From: Candidatus Latescibacterota bacterium
Lineage (GTDB): Bacteria > Latescibacterota > UBA2968
DNA length: 64,000 nt
NCBI GenBank assembly: GCA_965198115.1
Contig: OZ240241.1
Span: forward strand, 5,024,001-5,088,000
Reading direction: 5' to 3'
Part shown: positions 8,925-18,792 of the stretch, piece after piece
Position numbering within the stretch: the stretch's first letter is position 1
How the letters are laid out: the number at the start of each line of letters is the position of its first letter
Translations under genes and position numbers: made by a program
Notes under the pieces: model-generated
The model's input: only the letters and a program-made list of their open reading frames with translations
Database searches by the model: none
Told to the model about the DNA's origin: nothing

Positions 8925-10550
8925 ATGAAACAGCACCTGTCTGAACAGCACATCGCCGCGGTCAATCGACGCCGGCGGGTTGTCGTCAACTTCGATGCGA
9001 TGCACGCAGAGCCGGCTTTTACGGATGTGGAGATAGAGCAACTCGTGAAGCTGAGCTTTACGTTCGCCGATGATGAAGACAGCCAGATCGACAGCATCTG
9101 GTGGAACTGGAGCGAAGGACACGAGGTGCCCTATCCAAGCAAGGTCTTGCAGCTCTTCGATCACCCCGGACACAGGAAGTGGGCGGAAGAGGGTGTCGAC
9201 ATTATGAAGATCTTCCTGGAGGAGACCAGGAAACGCGGGCTGGAGGTCTTCCATTCCTACCGGATCAATGGGGGCGACCACGACCTGGCGACGGTTGCCA
9301 AAATCGCGATGAAGGAAGCCCACCCCGAGTGGCAGATCTACCCGCCCTGGAGACCCGTGGGCATGTGGAACTTCGCGTTCCAGGGCGTGCGCGACTACAA
9401 GCTGAGCATTCTGCGGGAGGTGGCGGAGGACTACGACTTCGACGGGCTGGAACTGGACTACGCGAGGGGTTGCCCTGTCCTGGAACCGGGGCACCAGTGG
9501 GAGAACCGGGAGAAGCTCACCGATTTCATGCGTGCGGTCAGGTCGATGACACTGGAGGTCGAGGAGAAACGTGGCCGTCCGTTTTTGCTGGCTGCTCGTG
9601 TGCCTGAGAACTTGGAAGGATGCCACTTTGACGGCCTGGATGTAGAGACGTTGGCTCGGGAGGAGCTGCTGGATATCTTCGTCATGGGGTGCCGATCATT
9701 CGACGTGGACGTCGCGGCCTTCCGCCGGATCACTGAGGGCAAGAACATCAAGCTCTTTCCGTGTCTGGATGACCATCACACCTCAGACGGTTACAACTGG
9801 CCGCCCATCGAGGTGTTGCGCGGCGTGTTCGCAAGCTGGTGGCGCCAGGGTGTGGACGGGGCGTACACCTTCAACTGGAACTACGCACTCCACGAGGACG
9901 CGCTCCGGATTGGTCTCGCGGGCGCGCCGCACTATCCCGCACCCGGGCCTTCGCACCGCCAGCTTTATCGAGAGATCGGCCGTCCACAAACACTGGAACG
10001 TAAGGACAAGACCTTCGTGGTCATGCGCCGGGGTGGTGGAGGGCACGGCCCCGGTGTCCCGGTCCCCGAGGACTGGACCACACCGAGGTGGAAGTATGTC
10101 AACACCAACATGTTTGCGCCGCTGCCGGTCGGGTTGGCCAACGACGGCAAGGCGGACACGCTGTTGACCGTCTACGTGGGCGACGACGTAGCGAGCGATG
10201 CCGACCGGATCAGGTCCATCACCCTCGGTGTGCTGCTCTCGGACCCCGCCACTCAGAATCTGCCTGAGGATGAGAGGATTGAACGGGCTGCCATCAGAAT
10301 CTGGCGGGGGAAGGACACCCTCTACAACGCGCCGCTCGGCAAAGGGATCGAAGACCGGATCGAGCTGAGGCTCAACAACGCGCTGCTTGGCCGCCCGACC
10401 GTGGACCAGGGGTGGCTGGTGTTCACGGCCCAGCCAGACCAGTTCGCCGTGGGTAGCAATCTGGTTGGACTTCGAGTCACGGAGCGACCGCGGGAGACCC
10501 GAGACGAGATCTCAATCGAGAAACTCGAGGTACAGGTGCAGTATCGATGA
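8925..10550 (+). CDS. GHL10-like (family 10 glycosylhydrolase-like) TIM-barrel protein
   Basis: SYRING, NFAFQGVRDY..EVAEDYDFDGLELDY and GVDGAYTFN motifs; no signal peptide. Confidence 0.65.
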   Translation: MKQHLSEQHIAAVNRRRRVVVNFDAMHAEPAFTDVEIEQLVKLSFTFADDEDSQIDSIWWNWSEGHEVPYPSKVLQLFDHPGHRKWAEEGVDIMKIFLEETRKRGLEVFHSYRINGGDHDLATVAKIAMKEAHPEWQIYPPWRPVGMWNFAFQGVRDYKLSILREVAEDYDFDGLELDYARGCPVLEPGHQWENREKLTDFMRAVRSMTLEVEEKRGRPFLLAARVPENLEGCHFDGLDVETLAREELLDIFVMGCRSFDVDVAAFRRITEGKNIKLFPCLDDHHTSDGYNWPPIEVLRGVFASWWRQGVDGAYTFNWNYALHEDALRIGLAGAPHYPAPGPSHRQLYREIGRPQTLERKDKTFVVMRRGGGGHGPGVPVPEDWTTPRWKYVNTNMFAPLPVGLANDGKADTLLTVYVGDDVASDADRIRSITLGVLLSDPATQNLPEDERIERAAIRIWRGKDTLYNAPLGKGIEDRIELRLNNALLGRPTVDQGWLVFTAQPDQFAVGSNLVGLRVTERPRETRDEISIEKLEVQVQYR

Positions 10551-10587
10551 AGGTGGCGGGGGCGAATGATCTAATCCCCATCGCGGC

Positions 10588-11568
10588 CTAACTCTGGTTG
10601 TCCGTCCCGGCCGCATATCCCATGCCGGTCTGGCCGAAGCCGTTGCCCGTGAACCAGCATCGGTATTCGTCCTCGTGCTTCACGATCGAGACGTAACAGC
10701 GCTGCCGGTCGTCGAAAGCTCCCTCGAGCCCGGTACCGAACTCGCCTTCCGGACCGCTCTCGGCCCAGGTCCATTCGAATCCGTCGCTGCTTGTCAGGCT
10801 CCGAACGCGGTAGGCCGTCCCGAACGTGTGGACCCACATCCGGTATCCATCCGACTCCTGCATGATGAAGGGCTTCGAGCAGATATACTCGTATGGCACT
10901 GTGGCGTGTCCCCTTGGCTCGACAAGCAGACGATCCAGGGGCTTTTCCCACGCGAGACCGTCGTCGGATTCGGCATAGGCGACTCCAATCCTGGGAATGG
11001 TGTCGCCGTGGCCTGTCTTCACGCCTTCAGGTTTCTGGAAATACGCGCCGAGGGACGTGTAGTACATCCGGAGCGTGCCGGCGTCGTCGATGACACACAC
11101 GCTCCCCGTGCCTTCGCGGTCGTATTCACGGTCCAGGGTCAGCGCAGGATGGTTCAGCGCGGGCTGAAATGACAATCCACCGTCTTGGCTGAACGCAACA
11201 CCGGTCGTGTTTGGAAGCTTCCCGTCGGGGCGTGGCTCTCCCCATCCGCAAAAGACCATCAGCCAGGGCGCATCTTCCCGGGGGACAACCCAGGGGAAGC
11301 TCGGACCGACGGCGTTGTACGGGGCGTCCGGCTGTCGCTCGAGAACGACCCCTTGTGCCTGCCAATCCGTCGGCCGGTCGACACTTGCAGTCGCGAGGAG
11401 GATACGGTTGAACCCGTCCGAACCAGTGCCCCAGTAGTACATCCAGTAGTCGTCAGCGACCTCGAGGACGTGTGCTGCGCCCGCCCTCCGAGCGTCCAGC
11501 TCACCGTGCAGCTGGCCGGGACGGATGATGGGTTCGGTGGAAGGGAAGTGCCAGTGGATCTGAGTCAT
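10588..11568 (-). CDS. Five-bladed beta-propeller glycoside-hydrolase-like protein (GH32/GH130/GH43 fold)
   Basis: Repeated S.DG..W blade motifs, RMYYT, YAESDDGLAW. Confidence 0.7.
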   Translation of the reverse strand: MTQIHWHFPSTEPIIRPGQLHGELDARRAGAAHVLEVADDYWMYYWGTGSDGFNRILLATASVDRPTDWQAQGVVLERQPDAPYNAVGPSFPWVVPREDAPWLMVFCGWGEPRPDGKLPNTTGVAFSQDGGLSFQPALNHPALTLDREYDREGTGSVCVIDDAGTLRMYYTSLGAYFQKPEGVKTGHGDTIPRIGVAYAESDDGLAWEKPLDRLLVEPRGHATVPYEYICSKPFIMQESDGYRMWVHTFGTAYRVRSLTSSDGFEWTWAESGPEGEFGTGLEGAFDDRQRCYVSIVKHEDEYRCWFTGNGFGQTGMGYAAGTDNQS

Positions 11569-11635
11569 TTAAGATGGAAGATAGAATATGTGGGAATTGA
11601 AACCCGGCTGAAGCCTCGTTTCGTAGTCTTCATTT

Positions 11636-13564
11636 CTACCAGTCGTGGATCTTATGCCCCTGCCCAGGAAACCAGATGGCATCCACGGCAGTGGCGGCGG
11701 CGATGGCGGCGAGGTAGCCGATGAAGATGCCCATGAAGAAGGGGGTCAATTTGTGGTAGCGGTCGAGGCCGCCGAAGCGGAAGACGAGGCCTTTGACGAT
11801 CCAGACGAAGAAGATGTTGCAGGCGCTGCTGCGGAGGGGGCTGGCGCCGCAGATGGCGAGGCCGATGGGGTGGAGGGCTAGCCCTGGAAACCGGTAGCGG
11901 ATCGCGTAGATTCCGGCGGTGACGGTCGCGCCGATGCCGAGGAAGAGCAATCGCGACCAGCCGACGGCCGGGTCGCCGCTGCGGATCCGTCCGGCGATGC
12001 CGCCCCACAGGCCGACGGCGCCGTCGGTGGAGCCGTTGAAGCTGACGCTGCCGAAGTTGTAGCTGCCGACGCCGTAGTTCCCGTGATACAGGATGTAGCT
12101 AAGGACGCCGACCAGGCCGGCGGCGTAGGCCACGCCGACGGCGGCGGGGACGAGGCTGCGTCCGGCGCGCTCGACGGCGAGGCCGAGGCGCGGGATGTGG
12201 GCGAGGGTGGTGACGCCCGTGGTCTTGCCGTCGCAGAAGAAGGTGTAGGACAGGCCGAGGGCTGTGGCGCCGACGGGGCCGATGGCGCTGCCTCCGAACA
12301 ATTGCCAGACGAAACCCTGCGCCGTGAGGGGCGTGCGCAGGAAGATGAGGCCCGTTTCGACGATGATGCGGGCGAACCCGATGTAGAGCACGAGGCACGC
12401 GCCCCAGAACGCGACGAGGGTGGCGGCGGTCATACCGAGGCGCCAGAAGAACACGCCGCAGAACAGACCGCAGCCGAGGAAGCAGAAGACGGCGGTCCGG
12501 TAGGACATGAGCTCTTCCGTATCGTCGACGGCGTTATCGCCGACGAAGGCCTTCCGACCGACGGCGGTCAGATGATCCCTGGCCACCCAGATTCCCCAGC
12601 CGACGAAGACGATGAGGCTTCCGAAGCTCTGCCAGCCGACGGCAGGATGGTAGGAGGTGTAGGCTTCGGGCGCGCCCATCTCCATGACGAAGCGCGTCAC
12701 GATGCCCGCCTCCAGGATGGTGAGGAGGTGAAAGAGCCACAGGCTGAGGAGGACTTCGGACTTGGTGAACCAGGCGAAGGCGATGGTCATGGGGTTCGGG
12801 GACCAGCGTAGGACGGGGAACCCGCGCGCGATCTGAACCGGCCGGTCGAGCTGGGGCCGGAACTCGGGCATCCACTGGAAGAACCAGGAGATGGGGTCCC
12901 AGATGAAGATGAGAAAGACGATGATGGCGCCGGTCTGGAACAGGCGATTACGCATCAGGGTCGTCAACGTGCCGCGCACGTCGCCTTCGCCCGTGAGTTC
13001 GAGGAGCCCGGCGGCAACGGGGAAGGGGAGGCGTTCGTGGTCCATCCACTGGCGCCGGAAGACGGTCACGATGCAGAGGTTGGCGAGGAAAAAGGCGAGA
13101 AAGAACGCGCCCCACCAGAGGAGCGGGATCAGCCAGGCTTCCCACCGAAAAGGGTCGCCGGTGGGCAAGCCCTGGTAGAAGGCCGATGTGACCGCCCGGT
13201 CGCCCACGACGGCCCACTCGGGAATGCGCGTGAGGAGGGTGTCTTCCCAACCGTTTTCGGGAGACGCGAAGTAGCTAACGGCGGTGATGATGCCGAGGAA
13301 GTAGCCCGCGATCCACTCGCCCTGCGCGAGGGAGGCGACCATCCCCATCATGACGATCAGAATCAGCTCCGACCCGGTGAGACCGCGTCCCTTCTTGGAC
13401 AAGGGGGCATTGATCAGGAGCAGGACGAGGAAGGGGATCAGGATCGCAGCGGAGAGATGGGCATGGTCTGCACGCGAGGAGTCGATGATGTAGCTCGACC
13501 AGGCCGGCCAGATGGCCGCGAAGATCGAGAGGGTGAGACCGATCAGGAATGCGCGTAGGGTCAC
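11636..13564 (-). CDS. DUF6785/DUF6784-type polytopic membrane protein (putative OPT-like transporter)
   Basis: Many TM segments; family motifs RRQWMDHERLPFP, LHPIG and GGLDRY..PFFMG. Confidence 0.75.
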   Translation of the reverse strand: MTLRAFLIGLTLSIFAAIWPAWSSYIIDSSRADHAHLSAAILIPFLVLLLINAPLSKKGRGLTGSELILIVMMGMVASLAQGEWIAGYFLGIITAVSYFASPENGWEDTLLTRIPEWAVVGDRAVTSAFYQGLPTGDPFRWEAWLIPLLWWGAFFLAFFLANLCIVTVFRRQWMDHERLPFPVAAGLLELTGEGDVRGTLTTLMRNRLFQTGAIIVFLIFIWDPISWFFQWMPEFRPQLDRPVQIARGFPVLRWSPNPMTIAFAWFTKSEVLLSLWLFHLLTILEAGIVTRFVMEMGAPEAYTSYHPAVGWQSFGSLIVFVGWGIWVARDHLTAVGRKAFVGDNAVDDTEELMSYRTAVFCFLGCGLFCGVFFWRLGMTAATLVAFWGACLVLYIGFARIIVETGLIFLRTPLTAQGFVWQLFGGSAIGPVGATALGLSYTFFCDGKTTGVTTLAHIPRLGLAVERAGRSLVPAAVGVAYAAGLVGVLSYILYHGNYGVGSYNFGSVSFNGSTDGAVGLWGGIAGRIRSGDPAVGWSRLLFLGIGATVTAGIYAIRYRFPGLALHPIGLAICGASPLRSSACNIFFVWIVKGLVFRFGGLDRYHKLTPFFMGIFIGYLAAIAAATAVDAIWFPGQGHKIHDW

Positions 13565-13873
13565 AGCGCTAACCTTCGGCCAAAGCTAACCCTTTAACCG
13601 CAAAGAGCGCGGAGGCCGCAGAGGGTCAGGAGATGAGCTGGGTAGAAGCGCCGCAGCCGCGAGGTACATCAGGAAACAAGGGACCGACCGGCTGCACAGT
13701 CAAGACGCGCTTTTTTGGAACATCGTGCTTCTGCGGAGAGTGGACGCCTGGACCTGCGTCATTACCCGAGCCAGATTCCCTTGCCTGGGAACGAGAGACC
13801 GCCGTTTATTCTTCCTATCCCACGAGCGCCGTACCGAAATGTAGTTTCCCCTTCATCAATTGAGGACCGACCC

Positions 13874-14559
13874 ATGTTCCCCGATGACACGCTGAAACAA
13901 CGCATACAAGACGGCCAGATGTACTCCAGCCTCCAGGTCGATGTCAACCTCGACAGCGATCAGTTGAAGGTGAAGCGGTCGGCGACGGCGACTACGATTT
14001 AGTTTTAGTCTATGTCGACGGTCAGCACACCGCTTTCAACGAAAGCTAGCTTGCTGCCTTTACCGGAACTGCCGAGGACCTGGGCCTGCCGGTTCTGTTC
14101 AGGATTCCACACACGCGACATACCTACCTGATCGGTCGCTACCTGGACCTGGGCGTCTCGGCGATCATGGTTCCGGAAGTCGAGTCTGAAGAGGTGGCGG
14201 AGGAAGCCATCAGGTTTTTCTACTATCCACAGGTCGGGCGACGCAGTTGGGGAGGTGCAGCCAGGCGAGGCGTGCGCGCGCACGACAACCAGGTCAGTCG
14301 CCTGGAATACGCGGCCCGGTGGAACAAGACCGGCGTTCTGGGTATACAGATTGAATGCGTCGATGCGGTTCTGAACGTGGCTAATATTGCGAAGCCCGGC
14401 ATCGACTATGTGGGCTTCGGTCCGAATGATCTCCAATTCAGCCTCGAAGCCCATCCCGACTCGCCCTTTGACAGGGTCGAGGACTGTTATCAGCACGTCG
14501 CCGAGCAACTAAAGGACCGCAATGTCGCCGTAGCCACGCCGACGCTCATCCCGTCGTGA
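13874..14559 (+). pseudogene. HpcH/HpaI aldolase-family pseudogene
   Basis: Reconstructed ...YVDGQH...FRIPH...YLDLGVSAIMVPEVE...IQIEC...GFGPNDL; frameshift near 13970 and in-frame TAG at 14047-14049. Confidence 0.8.
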
Positions 14560-14660
14560 TGGACTGCACCGACGAGCCGACACCTGGTGATTGACGGTCA
14601 ATCGCCGCGGCATCAGGCTTTAGGGAAAACCCCCCACACTTCCTCCACGGAGAGCCCACC

Positions 14661-15041
14661 ATGACTCAGACCGACCTCCTTTCAATGGTCACCGCCAGCG
14701 AACCATCTGGTCCCCTCCCCGACATGCCCATCGACGCCGAGTCGATCACCGCCGGCAATCCGGCCGCTCGCGGCGCCGTCCTCAACCAGTCGGCCGACAA
14801 GACCCTATCGAGCGGAATCTGGACCTGCGAGCCGGGTGAGTTCGACTGGGCTTACACCTGGGACGAGTTCGTCTACGTCTTCGAGGGCGAGGTCACGATC
14901 ACCGACGAGGGCGGCAAGAGCTACGACGTCGGTCCCGGAGATGTGGCCCACTTCCCGCTGGGTCTGAAGGCCCACTGGAACGTCAAGAAGGCGATCCGCA
15001 AGTTCTTCGTCCTCAAGACGCCGGAACCCCTCGTGATATAG
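14661..15041 (+). CDS. Cupin-superfamily protein (DUF861/EutQ-like)
   Basis: GIWTCEPG..DEFVYVFEG..GPGD..FP.G..W.V...RKFF. Confidence 0.85.
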   Translation: MTQTDLLSMVTASEPSGPLPDMPIDAESITAGNPAARGAVLNQSADKTLSSGIWTCEPGEFDWAYTWDEFVYVFEGEVTITDEGGKSYDVGPGDVAHFPLGLKAHWNVKKAIRKFFVLKTPEPLVI

Positions 15042-15064
15042 TGGGCCCCGTTACGTAAGCCGCC

Positions 15065-15257
15065 TTGCAGATTCAGAAAGTCGCAACGTCACTTCGAGCC
15101 CCTCGACGAAGCCTGTGCTGAGCGGAGTCGAGGTGCTCGGGATAAACTCCGCCGAGAAGTCGTTCCACGTGTAAAGGCTAGGGGCGGGTTCTCGACGGAG
15201 CCTGTCTTGAGCGTAGACGAAAGGCTCGAACTGACCGCCGCTTATCTGATCTGCAAC
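15065..15257. repeat. Nested palindromic REP/BIME-like intergenic element
   Basis: Outer TTGCAGAT/ATCTGCAA, inner GTCACTTCGAGC/GCTCGAACTGAC, and two AGCCTGT..TGAGCG.AG.CGA units also found at about 40604-40630. Confidence 0.7.
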
Positions 15258-15402
15258 TACAGTATCTGTTTCGAAACAGGACACTCAGGAGCCGTCCGCG
15301 GTTTGTCGCTACCGCACTTGCGAGAGGAGTTCGAGCAGGTTCTCGTGGTCCAATCTCTTGAAGCGCATTCGAGCGGCTCTCGTAGCTCCCTGGAGGTATG
15401 GT

Positions 15403-16248
15403 ATGAGTCAACTCCGCATAGGTCTTGCACAGACGCGCCAGACCCCCGATCGACACGACAATCGCCGCGCGATCCTGGACGCATTCGACAACGCGGCGGC
15501 GCAGGACATTCAGATCCTCTGCTTTCCCGAAGCACAGACCGTGGGCTACCGCGTAGACATATCCCCTGTCGACGCACCCGTCCCGGTCGATTGGCTCGAG
15601 GAAGTGCACGCAGAGGTAGCGGAACGTTGCGCGAAGCACGGCATGGCCTGCATCCTCGGCACCGAGATGGAGTCCGATACCGGCAAGCCGTTCAATACCG
15701 CATTGGTGATCGGCGAGGACGGGGATGTTCTTGGCGTGCATCACAAGACGATGCTGACGCCGCCGGACGCGCTGGCCTATGCGCCGGGCACCGAGCAGCA
15801 TACGTTCAATCTCTTCGGAATCACCGTAGGCGTGGTCATCTGTTTCGAGGCGCTTCGCTTCGCTGAGACGACGGCCGAATGCGTCCGTCGAGGCGCGCAG
15901 GTCGTTTTTCACCCGCAGAACAACACGACCCGTCCGAACGACTGGAAGATCCCGATCCACCACGCCATGATCGTCACCCGTGCCGCGGAGAACACCGTCT
16001 GGTTCGCGTCGTGCAACGCCTGCCTGCCGCATCAGAATAGCCGCAGCCTGATCGTCGCGCCGGACGGACGCATCCACGCTCAGACGGAGCTGAGTCGGGA
16101 GGAACTGCTTGTGAGCGACATCGAGATCGATCGGGCGACGCGGGCGATGTTCCGGCTGGGCGAAGAAGGTCCGACATCCGGAGCATTGGTGGATAGCGAG
16201 GAGCCGCTTTTCGGGGAAACGTTGCACGTGCTGGGAAGGGATAGATGA
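15403..16248 (+). CDS. Carbon-nitrogen hydrolase (nitrilase superfamily)
   Basis: E-K-C triad: CFPE, HHK, ICFE; GGAGG RBS. Confidence 0.9.
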   Translation: MSQLRIGLAQTRQTPDRHDNRRAILDAFDNAAAQDIQILCFPEAQTVGYRVDISPVDAPVPVDWLEEVHAEVAERCAKHGMACILGTEMESDTGKPFNTALVIGEDGDVLGVHHKTMLTPPDALAYAPGTEQHTFNLFGITVGVVICFEALRFAETTAECVRRGAQVVFHPQNNTTRPNDWKIPIHHAMIVTRAAENTVWFASCNACLPHQNSRSLIVAPDGRIHAQTELSREELLVSDIEIDRATRAMFRLGEEGPTSGALVDSEEPLFGETLHVLGRDR

Positions 16249-17831
16249 TGCCGGGCGGGTCGAGCGTGACGGACACGGTATTTCGCGTTGCAGTCGGCGA
16301 GCGTCAGCTCTTCCTGGACGATCACGGGATCGAGGAAATACGCGATCTCCGACACACCTTGCATCAGCCCGAAAAGAGAGGTGCGGTGATCGAACCGGGA
16401 GAGGGCGAGGGGAGTATCCAGATCCGCTGTGCGCCCGCGTGGGATCCCGAGACGCGTCGCTACAAGCTCTGGATGATGTGCGAGGGAGGCATCGGGCTGG
16501 CCGAGAGCCCCGACGGCCTCGACTGGGAGCGCCCGGTGCTGCGGGTGCGCGAGCATAAGGGGTCACTGGACAACAGCCTGGTGGCAGGGCCCTGCGGGGA
16601 GCTCGTCGTCTTTGATCCGACGGCACCGGATGCGTCGCAGCGCTACAAGAGCCTCAAGCTGCGCGGATCGTCCGAACGGGTCGTGAGCCCGATCGCCGAC
16701 CACTGGAAGATCCTCCACAATCCGTGGCGCCTGGCCTATCCCCGAGGCCACGTACTGAACAACCCGCGTCAGTACCAGATGAGCTGGGTCATCCAGGTCA
16801 GCGAGCGCCCCGGCGCCCCGGCCGAGGAGCGATTCGAAGGCAGGGGTCGTTTCCAGACCCAGGACCTGGTGGTCAGTGCCGATGGGATCCACTGGCGCAC
16901 GCTGGATCGCCCGGGGCTGCCTTCCGCCGACGAGGCCAACCTCAGTAAGGACGAAGAGGCGGGGATTTACATCGCCACGCTCAAGGTGGGGGAGATGGGT
17001 CCGTACGGACGCTCGATCTCCCTGGCGACGAGCAAGGATTTTGTGGAGTGGAGCGATCCGGAGCTGGTGTTTCACGCCGATGAAGAAGACCAGACGTTGA
17101 ACCGCAAGGTGATCGCTGCGCGCTACGACGACCCTTCACTGGTTCACCCTCTCCACAATGTCCCCGCGGAGTACTTCGTCGACGTTTACAACATGGGGGT
17201 CTTCAGGTACGAGGGTTTGTACATCGGCCTTCCTGCCTTCTTCCATCACACGGGAGACCGGAACGAGAACTCGGACGGTTTCCACCGCGTGCAGCTGACC
17301 TGCAGTCGCGACCTGCGCGCCTGGACCCGGCTGGGCGAGCGGGAGCCGTTTATCGGGCCCTCGACGATCGAATCGGGGGCATATGACCTGAACGGGATCA
17401 TGCCGCCTTCGACGGCGATTCACAGAGGGGACGAGTTGTGGTTCTACTACACCGGCTCGAAGTACCGCACCACGCCCTCGGACGCCGATCCGAGGCGTAG
17501 CGCCGTCTGCCTGGCTGTATTGCGTCGAGACGGATTCATCTCTCTGGATGGCGGGGCTGGCGGAGGTTCGGTGTTGACCGCGCCGTTCCTGCTGCCGACG
17601 CCGTGGTTGTTTGCGAATGTCGACGCGGCTGGCGGATCCGTTGAGCTGGAGGTGCTGGATGAATCCGGGGATGTCGTTGCCGAATCGGAGCCGATCACCG
17701 GGGATCGCCCGCGTTACCCGGTGCAATGGAAGCGCGGCGATCTGGCAGCTTCGACTCACCGCCCGGCGCGGTTGCGCCTCAAAGCGAAGGACGCTTCGAT
17801 CTATTCCTACTGGTTCGAGGAAGACAATTAG
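16245..17831 (+). CDS. GH32-like beta-propeller plus beta-sandwich protein
   Basis: RQLFLDD N-terminus, SPDGLDW blades, LRRDGF, SIYSYWF end; paralog of 30684..32069. Confidence 0.7.
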   Translation: MMPGGSSVTDTVFRVAVGERQLFLDDHGIEEIRDLRHTLHQPEKRGAVIEPGEGEGSIQIRCAPAWDPETRRYKLWMMCEGGIGLAESPDGLDWERPVLRVREHKGSLDNSLVAGPCGELVVFDPTAPDASQRYKSLKLRGSSERVVSPIADHWKILHNPWRLAYPRGHVLNNPRQYQMSWVIQVSERPGAPAEERFEGRGRFQTQDLVVSADGIHWRTLDRPGLPSADEANLSKDEEAGIYIATLKVGEMGPYGRSISLATSKDFVEWSDPELVFHADEEDQTLNRKVIAARYDDPSLVHPLHNVPAEYFVDVYNMGVFRYEGLYIGLPAFFHHTGDRNENSDGFHRVQLTCSRDLRAWTRLGEREPFIGPSTIESGAYDLNGIMPPSTAIHRGDELWFYYTGSKYRTTPSDADPRRSAVCLAVLRRDGFISLDGGAGGGSVLTAPFLLPTPWLFANVDAAGGSVELEVLDESGDVVAESEPITGDRPRYPVQWKRGDLAASTHRPARLRLKAKDASIYSYWFEEDN

Positions 17832-17895
17832 GGAAATAGGGAATTGGGCAATTGTGCCGTGCCGACCGGCCTTCCCGTTTTCGTAGAGAACCGAC

Positions 17896-18792
17896 ATGAG
17901 TCTCACGCAATCGCAGATCGACCGCTTCCACGAAGACGGGTTCCTGAAGGTGGAGGACGCGCTGGCGCTCGAAGACCTGAATCCTGTCATCTGGGAGTTC
18001 GAGACGATCATCGACAAGCGGGCGCGTGAGCTGTTTCGGGAAGGCAGGCTCAGCTCGTTGTACGAAACCGAGCCGTTCGAACGCCGCATCGCCCGACTGG
18101 CGGATCAATACCCCGACGTCGTTGGCCCGCTCAGTCCGATGCAGACGAAGGGCGCGGCGATCTTCAACCTGATTCGAAACCCGAAGATTCTCGACATCCT
18201 GGAGCCGCTGCTCGGCCCCGAGATCATGTGCCACCCGACCCAGGTGGTTAGGCCGCGCATGCGCAACTACCTGGATACGAACCCACGCTGGAAACCGACG
18301 CACGGTTCGCCCTGGCATCAGGATGCCGGCGTCCTGCGGCCCGAAGTGGACGACACGCTGTTGATTACGGTGTGGGTCCCACTGAGCTCGGCGGACGTCG
18401 AGAACGGCTGCCTATCGGTCATTCCGGGCAGTCACAAATACGGCGTGCGCACCCACGTCACGACGAACTCCTACAAAATCCCAGCAGAAGAGCTGCCCCC
18501 TGGCGAACCCGTCGTCCTGCCCGTCGAGCCCGGCGGCATTCTGCTGTTTCACGTGTTGGCGTGCCACGTCAGCGGACCGCACGCGTCCGAGCGGGTGCGC
18601 TGGAGCATCGATCTACGTTACCAGGACCCGGCCCAGCCGAGCGGACATCCGTATCTGGAAGGGTTCATGGTACGCAGCCGCAGCAACCCGGAGCGGGAGC
18701 TCAACTACGCGCAATGGGTGAGCATGTGGGACGAGCAGCTGGAGCACGACGAGCCGCGGCCGCCTATCCCGAGGTGGCCGGAAGCCAGATAA
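17896..18792 (+). CDS. Phytanoyl-CoA dioxygenase family Fe(II)/2OG enzyme
   Basis: WHQD...NGCL.VIPGSH...H...R motifs. Confidence 0.9.
   Translation: MSLTQSQIDRFHEDGFLKVEDALALEDLNPVIWEFETIIDKRARELFREGRLSSLYETEPFERRIARLADQYPDVVGPLSPMQTKGAAIFNLIRNPKILDILEPLLGPEIMCHPTQVVRPRMRNYLDTNPRWKPTHGSPWHQDAGVLRPEVDDTLLITVWVPLSSADVENGCLSVIPGSHKYGVRTHVTTNSYKIPAEELPPGEPVVLPVEPGGILLFHVLACHVSGPHASERVRWSIDLRYQDPAQPSGHPYLEGFMVRSRSNPERELNYAQWVSMWDEQLEHDEPRPPIPRWPEAR

Noticed and set aside
14047-14049. Pyrrolysine or readthrough at the in-frame TAG
   Set aside because: The same gene also carries a frameshift, and a CAG-to-TAG mutation is the simpler explanation.
15065-15257. CRISPR array
   Set aside because: Only two degenerate units within a palindrome, no regular repeat-spacer period, and no cas genes in the window.
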